Below, piece by piece: positions 36,524 to 49,246 of a stretch of 64,000 nucleotides of DNA (position 1 is its first letter; each line of letters begins with the position of its first letter). The notes under the pieces are model-generated. The model was not told the DNA's origin and did not search any database. It worked only from the letters and a program-made list of their open reading frames with translations. This DNA comes from Mustelus asterias (Eukaryota): NCBI RefSeq assembly GCF_964213995.1, contig NW_027590388.1, positions 124,001-188,000 on the forward strand, read 5' to 3'. Position numbers and translations under genes: made by a program.

Positions 36524-37819
36524 CATGGATTCATGAGGGGAAAGTCGTGCTTGACGAACATGTTGGATTTTTATGAAGATGTGACTAGGGCGGTTGATGG
36601 AGGAGAACCGGTGGATGCGGTGTTTTTGGATTTCCAAAAGGCGTTTGATAAGGTGCCCCATAAAAGGCTGCTGAAGAAGATTAGGGCACACGGAGTTGGG
36701 GGTAATGTGTTAAAGTGGATTGGGGACTGGCTATCCGACAGGAAGCAAAGAGTCGGAATAAATGGGTGTTTTTCCGGTTGGAGGAAGGTAACTAGTGGCG
36801 TGCCGCAGGGATCGGTACTCGGGCCGCAACTGTTTACCATTTATATAGATGATCTGGAGGAGGGGACGGAGTGTAGGGTAACGAAGTTTGCAGACGACAC
36901 AAAGATAAGTGGAAAAGTGAATCGTGTGGAGGACGGAGAAGATCTGCAGAGAGATTTGGACAGGCTGAGTGAGTGGGCGAGGATATGGCAAATGGAGTAT
37001 AACGTTGAGAAATGCGAGGTTATACACTTTGGAGGAAATAATAACAAATGGGATTACTATCTCAATGGAAACAAATTAAAACATGCTACCGTGCAAAGGG
37101 ACCTGGGGGTCCTTGTGCATGAGACGCAAAAGCCCAGTCTGCAGGTACAACAGGTGATCAAGAAGGCAAATGGGATGTTGGCCTATATTGCGAAGGGGAT
37201 AGAATATAAAAGCAGGGATGTCTTGATGCACCTGTACAGGGCATTGGTGAGGCCGCAGCTGGAATACTGTGTGCAGTATTGGTCCCCTTATATGAGGAAG
37301 GATATATTGGCATTGGAGGGAGTGCAGAGAAGGTTCACCAGGTTGATACCGGAGATGAGGGGTTTGGATTATGAGGAGAGGCTGAGGAGATTGGGTTTGT
37401 ACTCGTTGGAGTTTAGAAGGATGAGGGGGGATCTTATGGAGACTTATAAGATAATGCGGGGGCTGGATAGGGTGGAGGCGGAGAGATTCTTTCCACTTAG
37501 TAAGGAAGTTAAAACTAGAGGACACAGCCTCAAAATAAAGGGGGGTCGGTTTAAGACAGAGTTGAGGAGGAACTTCTTCTCCCAGAGGGTGGTGAATCTC
37601 TGGAATTCTCTGTCCACTGAGGTGGTGGAGGCTACCTCGCTGAATATGTTTAAAGCGCGGATGGATGGATTCCTGATCGGTAAGGGAATTAAGGGTTATG
37701 GGGATCAGGCGGGTAAGTGGTACTGATCCACGTCAGATCAGCCATGATCTTATTGAATGGCGGGGCAGGCTCGAGGGGCTAGATGGCCTACTCCTGCTCC
37801 TATTTCTTATGTTCTTATG
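36524..37819 (+). mobile_element. Young 5'-truncated CR1 (RT region) inserted in the PLE left arm
   Basis: Open HGFMRGKSC...FADD...GKWY frame with about 8 aa differences from 18217-19420; (ttcttatg)n tail; tgtc at both junctions. Confidence 0.95.
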
Positions 37820-38708
37820 TCGTGTGTCGTGAAGGCCGCCTTGGAGAACGCTTACCTGAAGATCCAAGGCTGAATGCCCACGACTGCTGAAGTGCTCCCC
37901 CACAGGAAGAGAACAGTCTTGCCTGGTGATTGTCGAGCGGTGTTCATTCATCCGTTGTCGTAGCATCTGCATGGTTTCCCCAATGTACCATGCTTCGGGA
38001 CATCCTTTCCTGCAGCGTATCAGGTAGACAACGTTGGCCGAGTTGCAAGAGTAGGTACCGTGTACCTAGTAGGCGGTGTTCTCACGTGAGATGATGGCAT
38101 CCGCGTCGATGATCCGGCACGTCTTGCAGAGGTTGCTGTGGCAGGGTTGTGTGGTGTCGTGGTCACTGTTCTCCTGAAGGCTGGGTAGTTTGCTGCGGAC
38201 AATGGTCTGTTTGAGGTTGCGCAGTTGTTTGAAGACAAGAAGTGGGTGTGTGGGGATGGCCTTGGCGAGATGTTCGTCTTCATCAATGACACCGCTCGAC
38301 AATCACCAGGCAAGACTGTTCTCTTCCTGTGGGGGAGCATTTCAGCAGTCACGGGCATTCAGCCTCTGATCTTCAGGTAAGCGTTCTCCAAGACGGCCTT
38401 CACGACACACCACAACGCAGAGTCGCTGAGCAGAAACTGATAGCCAAGTTCCGCACACATGAGGATGGCCTAAACCGGGATGTTGGATTTACGTCACATT
38501 ATCAGTAACCCCCACAGCTTGCCTCCTGGACTTGCAGGCCGTTCTGTCTGGAGACAATACACATCTCTTTAACCTGTGCTTAATGCTCCCTCCACCCACA
38601 TTGTCTGTATCTTTAAGATCTGGCTGGCTGTCGGGATTCGCATTCTAATCAGTATTCTGTAACTTGATTTGTGTGTTTCTGTGCCCTGTTTGAGAGCACA
38701 TTTCCACT

Positions 38709-38745
38709 CCATCTGACGAAGGAGAAGCGCTCCGAAAGCTAATGG
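38709..38745 (+). ncRNA. Minimal type I hammerhead ribozyme motif
   Basis: ccat-CTGACGA-a-ggag/aagcg/ctcc-GAAA-gc-ta-atgg, followed by AATAAA. Confidence 0.7.
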
Positions 38746-39402
38746 TATTTGCTACCAAATAAACCTATTGGACTTTAACCTGGTGTTGTTAAAACTCTTA
38801 CTCTGTCCTTAGAAACATAGAAATCCTACAGTGCAGAAAGAGGCCATTCGGCTCATCGAGTCTGCACCGACCACAATCCCACCCAGGCCCTATCACCATA
38901 TCCCTACATATTTTACCCGCTAATCCCTCTAACCTACGCTTGATTCTGTTTGTCTGCAGCTGGAACTCTCGTCCATTCCTTCAATAACTCCAGACTTAAC
39001 TATCCGAATGCATTCCCGGCCTCCTACATTCAATCTCCCTGAAGTCTTGAAGTCATCCAAATCTCTGCTGGCCATGTGCTTACTCACATCAAGTCTTGTT
39101 CATCATCACCCCCGAGCTCACTGACCTGCAAAGGCATTTAGTGTGAAAAACACTTCTTTGAAATGCCCTGGGAAAGTCTATGACATGGAAGACACATAAA
39201 TACAGATTGTTATTATTGACATGTATCATTGTTCCTTCATCATCACTGGGTGAATAACCTGTAACTCTTACCTAATGCATTGTGGGAGCACCTTCACCAC
39301 ATGGACTGCAACGGTTCAAGAAGGTCAAACATCATCTTGCCCACAGGTACCCGAGGATGGGGAATGTTTGCTGCTGGTCTTGTTAGTGAAAGGACACAGT
39401 CT

Positions 39403-39695
39403 ATTTATTTATTAGCATCATAAGTAGGCTTACATTCACATTGCAATGAAGTTACTGTGAAAACCCCATAGTCGCCACACTCCGGCGCCTGTTCGGGTTC
39501 ACTGAGGGAGAATTCAGCATGGCCAATGTACCTAACCAGCACGTCTTTCGGACTGTGGGAGGAAACCAGAGCACCCAGAGGGAACTCACGCAGATACGAA
39601 GAGAACGTGCAAACTCCACACAGACTCCACAAGGCTGGGAATCGAATCCAGTGTCCCTGGCGCTGTGAGGCAGCAGTGCTAACCACCGTGCCACC
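39403..39695 (-). mobile_element. V-SINE-type SINE
   Basis: Minus-strand ggtggcacggtggttagcactgctgcctcacagcgccaggga head; aataaataaa tail. Confidence 0.8.
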
Positions 39696-39779
39696 TTAAT
39701 GTTCACATCAAAGCAAAAACAGTGACTTAACTATTTGGGACTTTCAAAGGTGGTGATTTTAACCAACATCCCCCACGGT

Positions 39780-40362
39780 GGTGAATGTTGAGTATAAAAG
39801 TTGGCAAATTATGTTACAGTCATATCAAATATTGGTTAGGTCACATTTGGAATACTGTGTCCAATTCTGGTCGGCATTCTACCAGAAGGACGTGGTGGCT
39901 TTGGAGGGAGTACAGAAAATGTTTACCAGGATGTTGCATGGTATGGAGGGTATTAGCTATGAGGAAAGATTGAATAAACTGGAAAGATGGAGACCATGGG
40001 ACAACCTGATAGAAGTTTATAAAATTATGAGGGGCGTAGGTAAGGTAACAGTTGGAAGCTTTCTTCCTGGACAGAAATGACAATCACAAGGGGGCACAAT
40101 TCAAAGTAAGGGGGGGGAAAAGTTCAGTGGAGACACGGGGGGGACGTTTTTTTTACACAGTGGGTGGTGGGGCCTGGAATGCACTGCCAAGTGAGGTGGT
40201 CGAGGCAGATACATTAGCAACATTTAAAACTTATCTGGATAGAAACATGAACAGACGGTGTATAGAGGGATATAAGCGGTTGGTTTAGATAGGACAACGT
40301 GATGGGCGCAGGCTTGTGGGCTGAAGGGCCTGTTCCTGTGCTGTACTGTTCTTTGTTCTTTA
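39780..40362 (+). mobile_element. CR1 3' fragment
   Basis: LVRSHLEYCVQFWS...LEGVQK; GAWNALPSEVVEA; (ttctttg)n tail. Confidence 0.85.
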
Positions 40363-40384
40363 TCCCCTATCCACACCATAGGGG

Positions 40385-40705
40385 AACAGTGCGCAGGCGC
40401 AGTACCGAACATGGTCGGGAGCATGCGCGATGTCAGTGATGGCGAAGGGGAGAGAGGATCCTTTTGTCTGATCCGCAGCCGGTGAAGGTGTGGAAACGCG
40501 CAGGGCCGATGGAGTCGGCGGGTGAACGGGGAGGGTTTCTAAATACCTGCTGAAAGCCTCAAACCGCGAATACGGACCTGCAGGTTCCGCGTTTGCAGCT
40601 CCGGTTTGTCCTCCTGGGGCGAAGACCCCGGTTACCAGCCGCCATCTTAGTTCAGCGGAGGGCAGAGCGCATGCGCTGACGTCTTGGTGACGCCCATTGT
40701 CACAC
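40385..40705. promoter_or_regulatory. CpG promoter, duplicate of 1-240, with several NRF1 motifs and YY1
   Basis: tgcgcaggcgca ~40390, gcatgcgc ~40420, gccgccatctt ~40638, gcgcatgcgc ~40667. Confidence 0.7.
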
Positions 40706-41329
40706 AACAGAGAGTGGACGGGATTCAGGATTTCTGTTTTTAACTGGGTCCTAGTGCCCGAGTCACATAAAAGGATCAGTCACACTGGTCAGAACTTTCT
40801 GGTTCAGTGAGGAAGGTTCCCTTTGGTTTTGTTGATGCTTGGTTGTTGATTTTAGTCTTTCAGTTCGTTTGGACCATATGATTGGAGGGAATAAGAAAGG
40901 AAAGAATGTTCCATCCGAACTAGAATTGTCTGTTCTGAATTTCTATCCTGTATTTACACTGATAACTTCTGTAAACTCCTTTTACAGGGGATTAGGATGG
41001 GAGGATTGACAGGTGGGAAACTTAAATCAAACATCACATTGAGATCTGACAGTCATTCGATTCATCAGGACCTGAATATCAATGTGGAAGGAGAAATGTT
41101 TGTTTGTTCTGTCTGTGGGAAAAGATTTCAAACATCAGTGTGACTGGAAAAGCAGCGAGACACACACACCCGAGTGACAGCGTTCCAGTGAACTGACTGT
41201 GAAAAGAGCTTGAACCAGTTACACAGCCTGAAAAAACATCACACCATTCACAGCAGGGAGGAACCGTACATGTGCAGTGTGTGTAGTCAACTGATCATCA
41301 ACCTGGAGAGACACAAGGATACTGGCACC

Positions 41330-42713
41330 ATGGAGAAACCATGGAAATGTGAGGAACATAGAACAGTACAGCACAGAACAGGCCCTTCGGCCCACGATGT
41401 TGTGCCGAGCTTTATCTGGAACCAAGATCAAGCTGTCCCACTCCCTATCATCCTGGTGTGCTCCATGTGCCTATCCAATAACTTCTTAAATGTTTCTAAA
41501 GTGTCTGACTCCACTATCACTGCAGGCAGTCCATTCCACACCCCAACCACTCTCTGCATGAAGAACCTACCTCTGATATCCGTCCTGTATCTCCCACCAC
41601 GAACCCTATAGTTATGCCCCCTTGTAATAGCTCTATCCACCCGAGGAAATAGTCTTTGAACGTTCACTCTATCTATCCCCTTCATCATTTTATACACCTC
41701 TATTAAGTCTCCCCTCAGCCTCCTCCGCTCCAGAGAGAACAGCCCTAGCTCCCTCAACCTTTCCTCATATGACCTACCCTCCAAACCAGGCAGCATCCTG
41801 GTAAATCTCCTCTGCACTCTTTCCAGCGCTTCCACATCCTTCTTATAGTGAGGTGACCAGAACTGCACACAATATTCCAAATGTGGTCTCACCGAGGTCC
41901 TGTACAGTTGCAGCATAACCCCACGGCTCTTAAACTCCAACCCCCTGTTAATAAAAGCTAACACACTATAGGCCTTCTTCACAGCTCTATCCACTTGACT
42001 GGCCATCCCAGCTGGAAATCCATCAGCGCACTCACACTGGGGAGAGGCCATTCACCTGCTCCATGTGTGGGAAGGGATTCAGAGAGTCATCCAACCTGCT
42101 GCAACACCAGCGAGTTCACACTGACCTGAGACCTTTTAAATGCCCAGACTGCGGGAAGGGCTATAAAAGTTCTGGGGACCTGATGTCCCATCAACGTGTT
42201 CACACTGACCAGAGGCCATTCAGGTGCTTTCACTGCGGGACTGGGTTCAGGAAATCATCTGAATTCACTGTACATCAGCGCACTCACACTGGGGAGAGGC
42301 CGTTCACCTGCTCCATGTGTGGGAAGGGGTTCATTAATTCATCCAACCTGCTGAGACACCAGCGCACTCACTCTGATGCAAGAACTTTCAAATGTCCTGA
42401 CTGTGAGGAGAGCTTTAAAAACAGTGATAATCTGCTGAGACATCGACGCACTCACACTGGAGAGAGGCCGTTCACCTGCTCTGAGTGTGGGAAGGGATTC
42501 ACTCGATCAGCCGCACTGCTGACACACCGGCGAGTTCACAGCGGAGAGCGGCCATTCGCCTGCTCGGAGTGTGGGAAGAGATTTACTTATTCATCTCATC
42601 TATTGAAACACCAGCGCACTCACACTGTGGAGAGACCATTCACCTGCTCCATGTGTGGGAAGGGATTCACTCAATCTTCTAACCTGCTGACACACCAGCA
42701 AATTCACAAGTGA
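41330..42713 (+). pseudogene. Duplicate of ZNF-1 disrupted by a CR1 insertion in finger 1 (ZNF-8)
   Basis: MEKPWKCE, then the insertion at 41356-41999, then the remaining fingers nearly identical to 911-1624. Confidence 0.9.
41356..41999 (-). mobile_element. CR1 3' fragment inside a ZNF exon
   Basis: [11 protein letters not shown]...RPHLEYCVQFWSP...QRVVGVWNGLP; gttctatgtt tail; absent from the paralogue. Confidence 0.93.
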
Positions 42714-43924
42714 GTGCAGAGGTTGGAGTTCTCTGTATTGCTGCTGTTGATCACATTGAGGACTAAATGTGTGGATTAAACCTGAGGTGTGTAAGAAATG
42801 TGTCCCAGCTGCTCTTCCATGGTTCAGAGCTCCTCGGCACGGAACAGAGGCTCCTTTACAACTGTGTTTAGAGTCAGGAAGAACAACAGTGAATGCTGGA
42901 AACATGCCGTCAAATCAGAGATTGGTGTAAAACTGGGATCTGTTCCTGAGTGAGAGTGAAACAGCAGGTTTAAGTTTCCTGTCTGGAACTGATTGTGGTA
43001 ATTATGGTAATCATAGAATCCCAACAGTGCAGAAGGAGGCCATTTGGCCCATCGAGTCTGCACCGACTCTCTGTCAGAGCATCTTCCCCAGACACACCCC
43101 TCCCACGCTAGCCCCATTACCCCACGCATTTACCCCACTAATTCCCCGAACCATAACATCTTGGGACATCTATGGGGCAATTTAGCATTGGTCAATCTGC
43201 CTAACCTGTACATCTTTGGACTGTGGCAGGCAACCAGGGAGCATTTCCATGGAGATGCTGCTTCGACCCAGAGTGTAATGGTAATGCTGCTGCACTTTGA
43301 TACGACTGCTCAGACATTAGACTGTGTCAGCTCTTATTGATACTGAATAAAATCTAACCACTGTCACCAATAAGGGTTATCACTGGCAATCATTTCAGAG
43401 TTTGGGGAAAGAGAATAAAGGGCTAATGGACACCCCGAATCCCAATTCTATAGAATAAAAGGATGTTCACAATACTCTGGGCCCAAATGGTTTCTCTTCA
43501 GCTCCTCTGCACCCTGTTACTGTGACTCCACACTTTGGGCACATGGACTGAACCCCAGGGGTTCCATCACCATCTGCCCCAATCGCCCCGTCTCCTGCCC
43601 CAATTGGCTGGAGGCCCATTTCCCAGTCAGTCCTCCAGCACCTTCCTGTCTCTCTATCAGTGCAACGCCCAGGGCAGCTTCCCAATTGAGGCTCAGGCCC
43701 TGTTATTCTCAGCGAAATTCAGCTCTCAACTCCGTCACCTGGCTGTCACTAACATGAGCAACAGAGAGAGAAAGGTGCCCCAGGCTGAAATGGGAACTTG
43801 AAACTTGTGGCTCCAAACAAACTCTTCAACATTTGTGCATTCAATACCTGTTTTTGTATGAGGTTGTTATTTTGACATTGAGGCACTGGAGGCGAAGAAT
43901 AACTTTCCCTTTCCAACTTTGAAT

Positions 43925-44402
43925 TAGAACCATAGAACCATAGAAAATTACAGCTCAGAAACAGGCCTTTTGGCCCTTCTTGTCTGTGCCGAACCATTTT
44001 TTGCCTAGTCCCACTGATCTGCACTTGGACCATATCCCTCCACACCCCTCTCATCCATGAACCCGTTCCAAGTTTTTCTTAAATGTTAAAAGTGACCCTG
44101 CATTTACCACTTTATCCGGCAGCTCATTCCACACTCCCACCGCTCTCTGCGTGAAGAAGCCCCCCCTAATATTCCCTTTAAACTTTTCTCCTTTCACCCT
44201 TAACCCATGCCCTCTGGTTTTTTTCTCCCCGAGCCTCAGCGGAAAAATCCTGCTTGCCTTCACTCTATCTATACCCATCAAAATCTTATACACCTCTATC
44301 AAATCTCCCCTCAATCTTCTACGCTCCAGGGAATAAAGTCCCAACTGAATCAATCTCTCTCTGTAACTCAGTTTCTCAAGTCCCGGCAACATCCTTGTGA
44401 AC
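43925..44402 (-). mobile_element. CR1 3' fragment specific to duplicate 2
   Basis: MLPGLEKLSYRERL...TQRAVGVWNELP; (ttctatgg)n tail; empty site at ~2985. Confidence 0.88.
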
Positions 44403-44429
44403 CTGTCTATTGTCTATTGTATCAGCCAC

Positions 44430-45260
44430 AGCGCAGTGGATCCACACGCTTCCACAAGAAACTGCAAAGGGTGGTGAACGTATCCAGTCTATCTCACAAA
44501 CCAGCCTCCCATCCATTGCCTCTGTCTACACTTCCAGCTGCTTTGGAAAAACAGCCAGCATAATCACGGACCCTACACAGCCCAGACATTCTCCCTTCCA
44601 CCTTCTTCCGTTGGGAAAAAGATACAAAAGTCTGAGGACACATACCAACTGACTTCCCTGCTGCCATCAGACTTTTGAATGGACCTACCTCGTATTAAGT
44701 TGATCTTTCTCTACATTCTAGCTGTGACTGTAGCACTACATTCTGCACTCTCTCCTTTCCTTCTCTATGTATGGCATGCTTTGTATCGCGTGCAAGAAAC
44801 AATATTTTTCACTGTACACTAATACATGTGATGATAATAAATCAAATCTTCACTCCGAATCTGAAGATTGTTCTTTCCAATCCCAGTCCATTGACCTGAG
44901 GCCAACATTCAAAGTGCCAGCACTGAGGGAGTGCTGCATTATTAGAGCTGCTGCCTTTAGGATGAGATGCCAACCCAAGTACCCCATCTGCCCCTTCAAG
45001 GACATAGATGTTACCATGGATATGATTTTGAAGAAGAGCAGGGGGGGGCTATCCCCAGAGTCCTGACCAATATTTATCAATCAACATCACTACAGATCAT
45101 CTGCTCGTGATCATGTTGCTGCTTTTGGGATCTTGCTGTGTACACATTAGCTGCCACATTTCCTGCATTACAACAATGACCACACTTCAAAGCTGCTTCA
45201 TTGGTTGGAAAGTGCATTGGGACATCCTGTGGTCCTGAACGATGCTAAATGCAAGTTTTT
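44430..45260 (+). mobile_element. Rex1/Babar fragment followed by a DeuSINE-like SINE
   Basis: Duplicate of 3010-3585 with the SINE intact to its 3' end. Confidence 0.65.
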
Positions 45261-47057
45261 AATTTCAGATTTGTGTTCCCTGATCTTGATATCTGAATTT
45301 TAATTGATTTCAGCCACCCCCCAACTTGCCATTTAACAAATTCACCTTGGATCGAAGAATATTTTAACCAATTAAGGCAACAGCAGGAATCTACGGTGGG
45401 TAAATTTTAAAAATAAGTTTATTCGACAAGAAATGTTTACTTCAAACATTGGCTTTTACAGCTTGATGTGGGTGATCAGTCTGTCGAAGGTTAACCCTCT
45501 CTGGCTCCTTCTTTGACAGGAATTCTTGTGGATTTCAACCTCAGAAGTCTGGTTCCTTCTTTGACAATAATTTACCTGGAACTCGACCCTGTGAATATTC
45601 AGTACTTGGCTGGCAGGGAAGATGTTGGGAATCTCTACTTTTATCCCCAAAGTGACCATTACCTGACATCAGAGTTGGGCTGATTGTGACGTGACACTTG
45701 GTCAATTTGGTTACCAGATTAATTTAACCGGATCCCCAATTACTGACACCACCTTCTCTCATTATCTTAGACAGGAAAACAATTGCACAGTTTCATACTA
45801 ACCCTTTATCTGATTCTATACAATCAGGTATTCAGACAATTTCAAATTCTGAGACAAATCAGAGCTTGAAGGTCTCTCTTACCAGTACATTTATCATCAT
45901 TGCACATTCTTCACATACACAGCAATTCAGATGATATGTTTTTACAGCAAATAAAACTCAGCCTTTTACTATAAGCCGACTTGTGACACTAATAGATAAA
46001 CAAAAAAATGACATTCTTTATCGATTTATTAACTGTAACTCAATTAAATCTCACTACTTCTCCAGTTATTTGTTACTGACTGCGAGCTAATTAATACAGT
46101 AATCTTTAGTTAATAAACTTGGTTCCTACAAGATAGACTGGTTCAAAAAGACAGTTTGTCGAAAGACAACAGCTTTCTTCCTTACTAATCCTGACCAGAC
46201 TGAACAATTAACCTTATTCTTCAGCTGGACTTTGGAAGAATATGATATCCTGTAGCTTATCAAAATTATAAAATAATTTCTTTCTTTAAACAACTTCTGC
46301 CGGCTCTGCAGTTTCTGGAAACATTTCAGGTTATTCAGTGTTAATATTTTAAAATAAAGATCTACCCTTTATATAATTGTCTATTACACTGAGTCACTGA
46401 TGATAGCTTATTCAAGGTTCATTACTGAATAACCATATGTTACATATAAAATCAATTTGTAGCTAATAAAGCCAGTGACAGAAGGTGAACAGACTGTTAG
46501 AAGCCACATGTTCGATTTTAAAATGGTTTCCTTGACCTTGTTACTTATAGCAATGAATATGGTATGAAAGTGATTGAATTTTAAAACTAAATTTGATGAC
46601 TCAGGCCTGCAATTTCCTCCATTACAACAGTCACTACAATTCACAGAACTTCATTCACTGTATAATGTTTCAGGACAATGGCAAAGATAGATAGAGAAAC
46701 AAGGTGGTGAAAGGTTATCAGGGGGAGGTGGGAATGTGGAGTTGAGGTTTCAATTAGATCAGCCATGATTATGTTGAATGGCAGAACAGGCTCCTGATTC
46801 ACATGTTCATCTGACACCCTGTGGTTGTGAGAGGTGCTATAGAAATGCAATTTTTTTTTGTTTCCCCACAATGTTGGATAATTACACTCAGTCCCTGCAT
46901 CAAAATCATTGTTAAAGGTTGAGTCTAAATTTGACACATTTTGAATGCTGGGGTGGTTTTCTCCAAAGAGAAGACGAAGAAGTGATCTGATGGAAGTCTT
47001 TAAGATTATGAAGGGGTTCAATAATCCAACGGGGATTTAATGAGAAACCTCTTTACC

Positions 47058-49246
47058 CAGCGAGTGGTGAGACTGTGGAACTCACTATCACAGCGAGTGG
47101 TGAGACTGTGGAACTCACTATCACAGCGAGTAGTGAGACTGTGGAACTCACTATCACAGCGAGTGGTGAGACTGTGGAACTCACTATCACAGCGAGTGGT
47201 GAGACTGTGGAACTCACTATCACAGCGAGTGGTGAGACTGTGGAACTCACTATCACAGCGAGTGGTGAAACTGTAGAACTCATGACCACAGCGAGTGGTG
47301 AGAATGTGGAACTCACCATCACAGCGAGTGGTGAGAATGTGGAACTCACCATCACAGCGAGTGGTGAGAATGTGGAACTCACCATCACAGCGAGTGGTGA
47401 GAATGTGGAACTCACTGTCACAGCGAGTGATGAGAATGTGGAACTCACCATCACAGCGAGTGGTGAGACTGTGGAACTCACTATCACAGCGAGTGGTGAG
47501 AATGTGGAACTCACTATCACAGCGAGTGGTGAGAATGTGGAACTCACTATCACAGCGAGTGGTGAGACTGTAGAACTCATGACCACAGCGAGTGGTGAGA
47601 ATGTGGAACTCACCATCACAGCGAGTGGTGAGAATGTGGAACTCACTATCACAGCGAGTGGTGAGACTGTAGAACTCATGACCACAGCGAGTGGTGAGAC
47701 TGTGGAACTCACTATCACAGTGAGTGGTGAGACTGTGGAACTCACTATCACAGCGAGTGGTGAGACTGTGGAACTCACTATCACAGCGAGTGGTGAGACT
47801 GTGGAACTCACTATCACAGCGAGTAGTGAGACTGTGGAACTCACTATCACAGTGAGTGGTGAGACTGTGGAACTCACTATCACAGCGAGTGGTGAGACTG
47901 TGGAACTCACTATCACAGCGAGTGGTGAGACTGTGGAACTCACTATCACAGCGAGTGGTGAGACTGTAGAACTCATGACCACAGCGAGTGGTGAGAATGT
48001 GGAACTCACCATCACAGCGAGTGGTGGGAATGTGGAACTCACCATCACAGCGAGTGGTGAGAATGTGGAACTCACCATCACAGCGAGTGGTGAGAATGTG
48101 GAACTCACTATCACAGCGAGTGGTGAGACTGTAGAACTCATGACCACAGCGAGTGGTGAGAATGTGGAACTCACCATCACAGCGAGTGGTGAGAATGTGG
48201 AACTCACTATCACAGCGAGTGGTGAGACTGTAGAACTCATGACCACAGCGAGTGGTGAGAATGTGGAACTCACTGTCACAGCGAGTGATGAGAATGTGGA
48301 ACTCACCATCACAGCGAGTGGTGAGACTGTGGAACTCACTATCACAGCGAGTGGTGAGAATGTGGAACTCACTATCACAGTGAGTGGTGAGACTGTGGAA
48401 CTCACTATCACAGCGAGTGGTGAGACTGTGGAACTCATGACCACAGCGAGTGGTGAGAATGTGGAACTCACCATCACAGCGAGTGGTGAGAATGTGGAAC
48501 TCACTATCACAGCGAGTGATGAGACTGTAGAACTCATGACCACAGCGAGTGGTGAGACTGTGGAACTCACTATCACAGTGAGTGGTGAGACTGTGGAACT
48601 CACTATCACAGCGAGTGGTGAGACTGTGGAACTCACTATCACAGCGAGTAGTGAGACTGTGGAACTCACTATCACAGCGAGTAGTGAGACTGTGGAACTC
48701 ACTATCACAGCGAGTGGTGAGACTGTGGAACTCACTATCACAGCGAGTGGTGAGAATGTGGAACTCACTATCACAGCGAGTGGTGAGACTGTGGAACTCA
48801 TGACCACAGCGAGTGGTGAGACTGTAGAACTCATGACCACAGCGAGTGGTGAGAATGTGGAACTCACTATCACAGCGAGTGGTGAGACTGTGGAACTCAC
48901 TATCACAGCGAGTGGTGAGACTGTGGAACTCATGACCACAGCGAGTGGTGAGACTGTAGAACTCATGACCACAGCGAGTGGTGAGAATGTGGAACTCACC
49001 ATCACAGCGAGTGGTGAGAATGTGGAACTCACCATCACAGCGAGTGGTGAGAATGTGGAACTCACCATCACAGCGAGTGGTGAGACTGTGGAACTCACCA
49101 TCACAGCGAGTGGTGAGAATGTGGAACTCACCATCACAGCGAGTGGTGAGAATGTGGAACTCACCATCACAGCGAGTGGTGAGACTGTGGAACTCACTAT
49201 CACAGCGAGTGGTGAGAATGTGGAACTCACTGTCACAGCGAGTGGT
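47058..49246. repeat. CR1-derived 33-bp minisatellite, 66 units plus 11 bp
   Basis: cagcgagtggtgagactgtggaactcactatca and variants; first cagcgagtggt at 47058, last at 49236 (2178 = 66x33); embedded in the CR1 fragment 46945-49430. Confidence 0.98.

Larger units (their letters stand above)
36094..38802. mobile_element. Penelope-like (Neptune-type) element, fold-back form, interrupted by CR1
   Basis: Minus strand encodes the Cys-rich linker PCHSNLCKTC and the GIY-YIG core NVVYLIRCRKGCPEAWYIGET...LRQRMNEH; right arm 38291-38802 is inverted; 14-bp TSD actctgtccttaga at 36080-36093 and 38800-38813. Confidence 0.9.

Noticed and set aside
36479-37726. 415-aa ORF as a PLE-CR1 fusion gene
   Set aside because: The N-terminal 15 codons are antisense PLE sequence with a non-ATG start joined by chance to a 5'-truncated CR1.
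41141-41191. Selenocysteine recoding of the UGA at a finger Cys position
   Set aside because: No SECIS recognised in the 3' UTRs, the other UGA is not at a Cys position, and the paralogue at 630-746 is out of frame; ordinary nonsense mutations are simpler.
47058-49246. CRISPR-like array
   Set aside because: Head-to-tail repeats with no unique spacers, no cas genes, vertebrate context.
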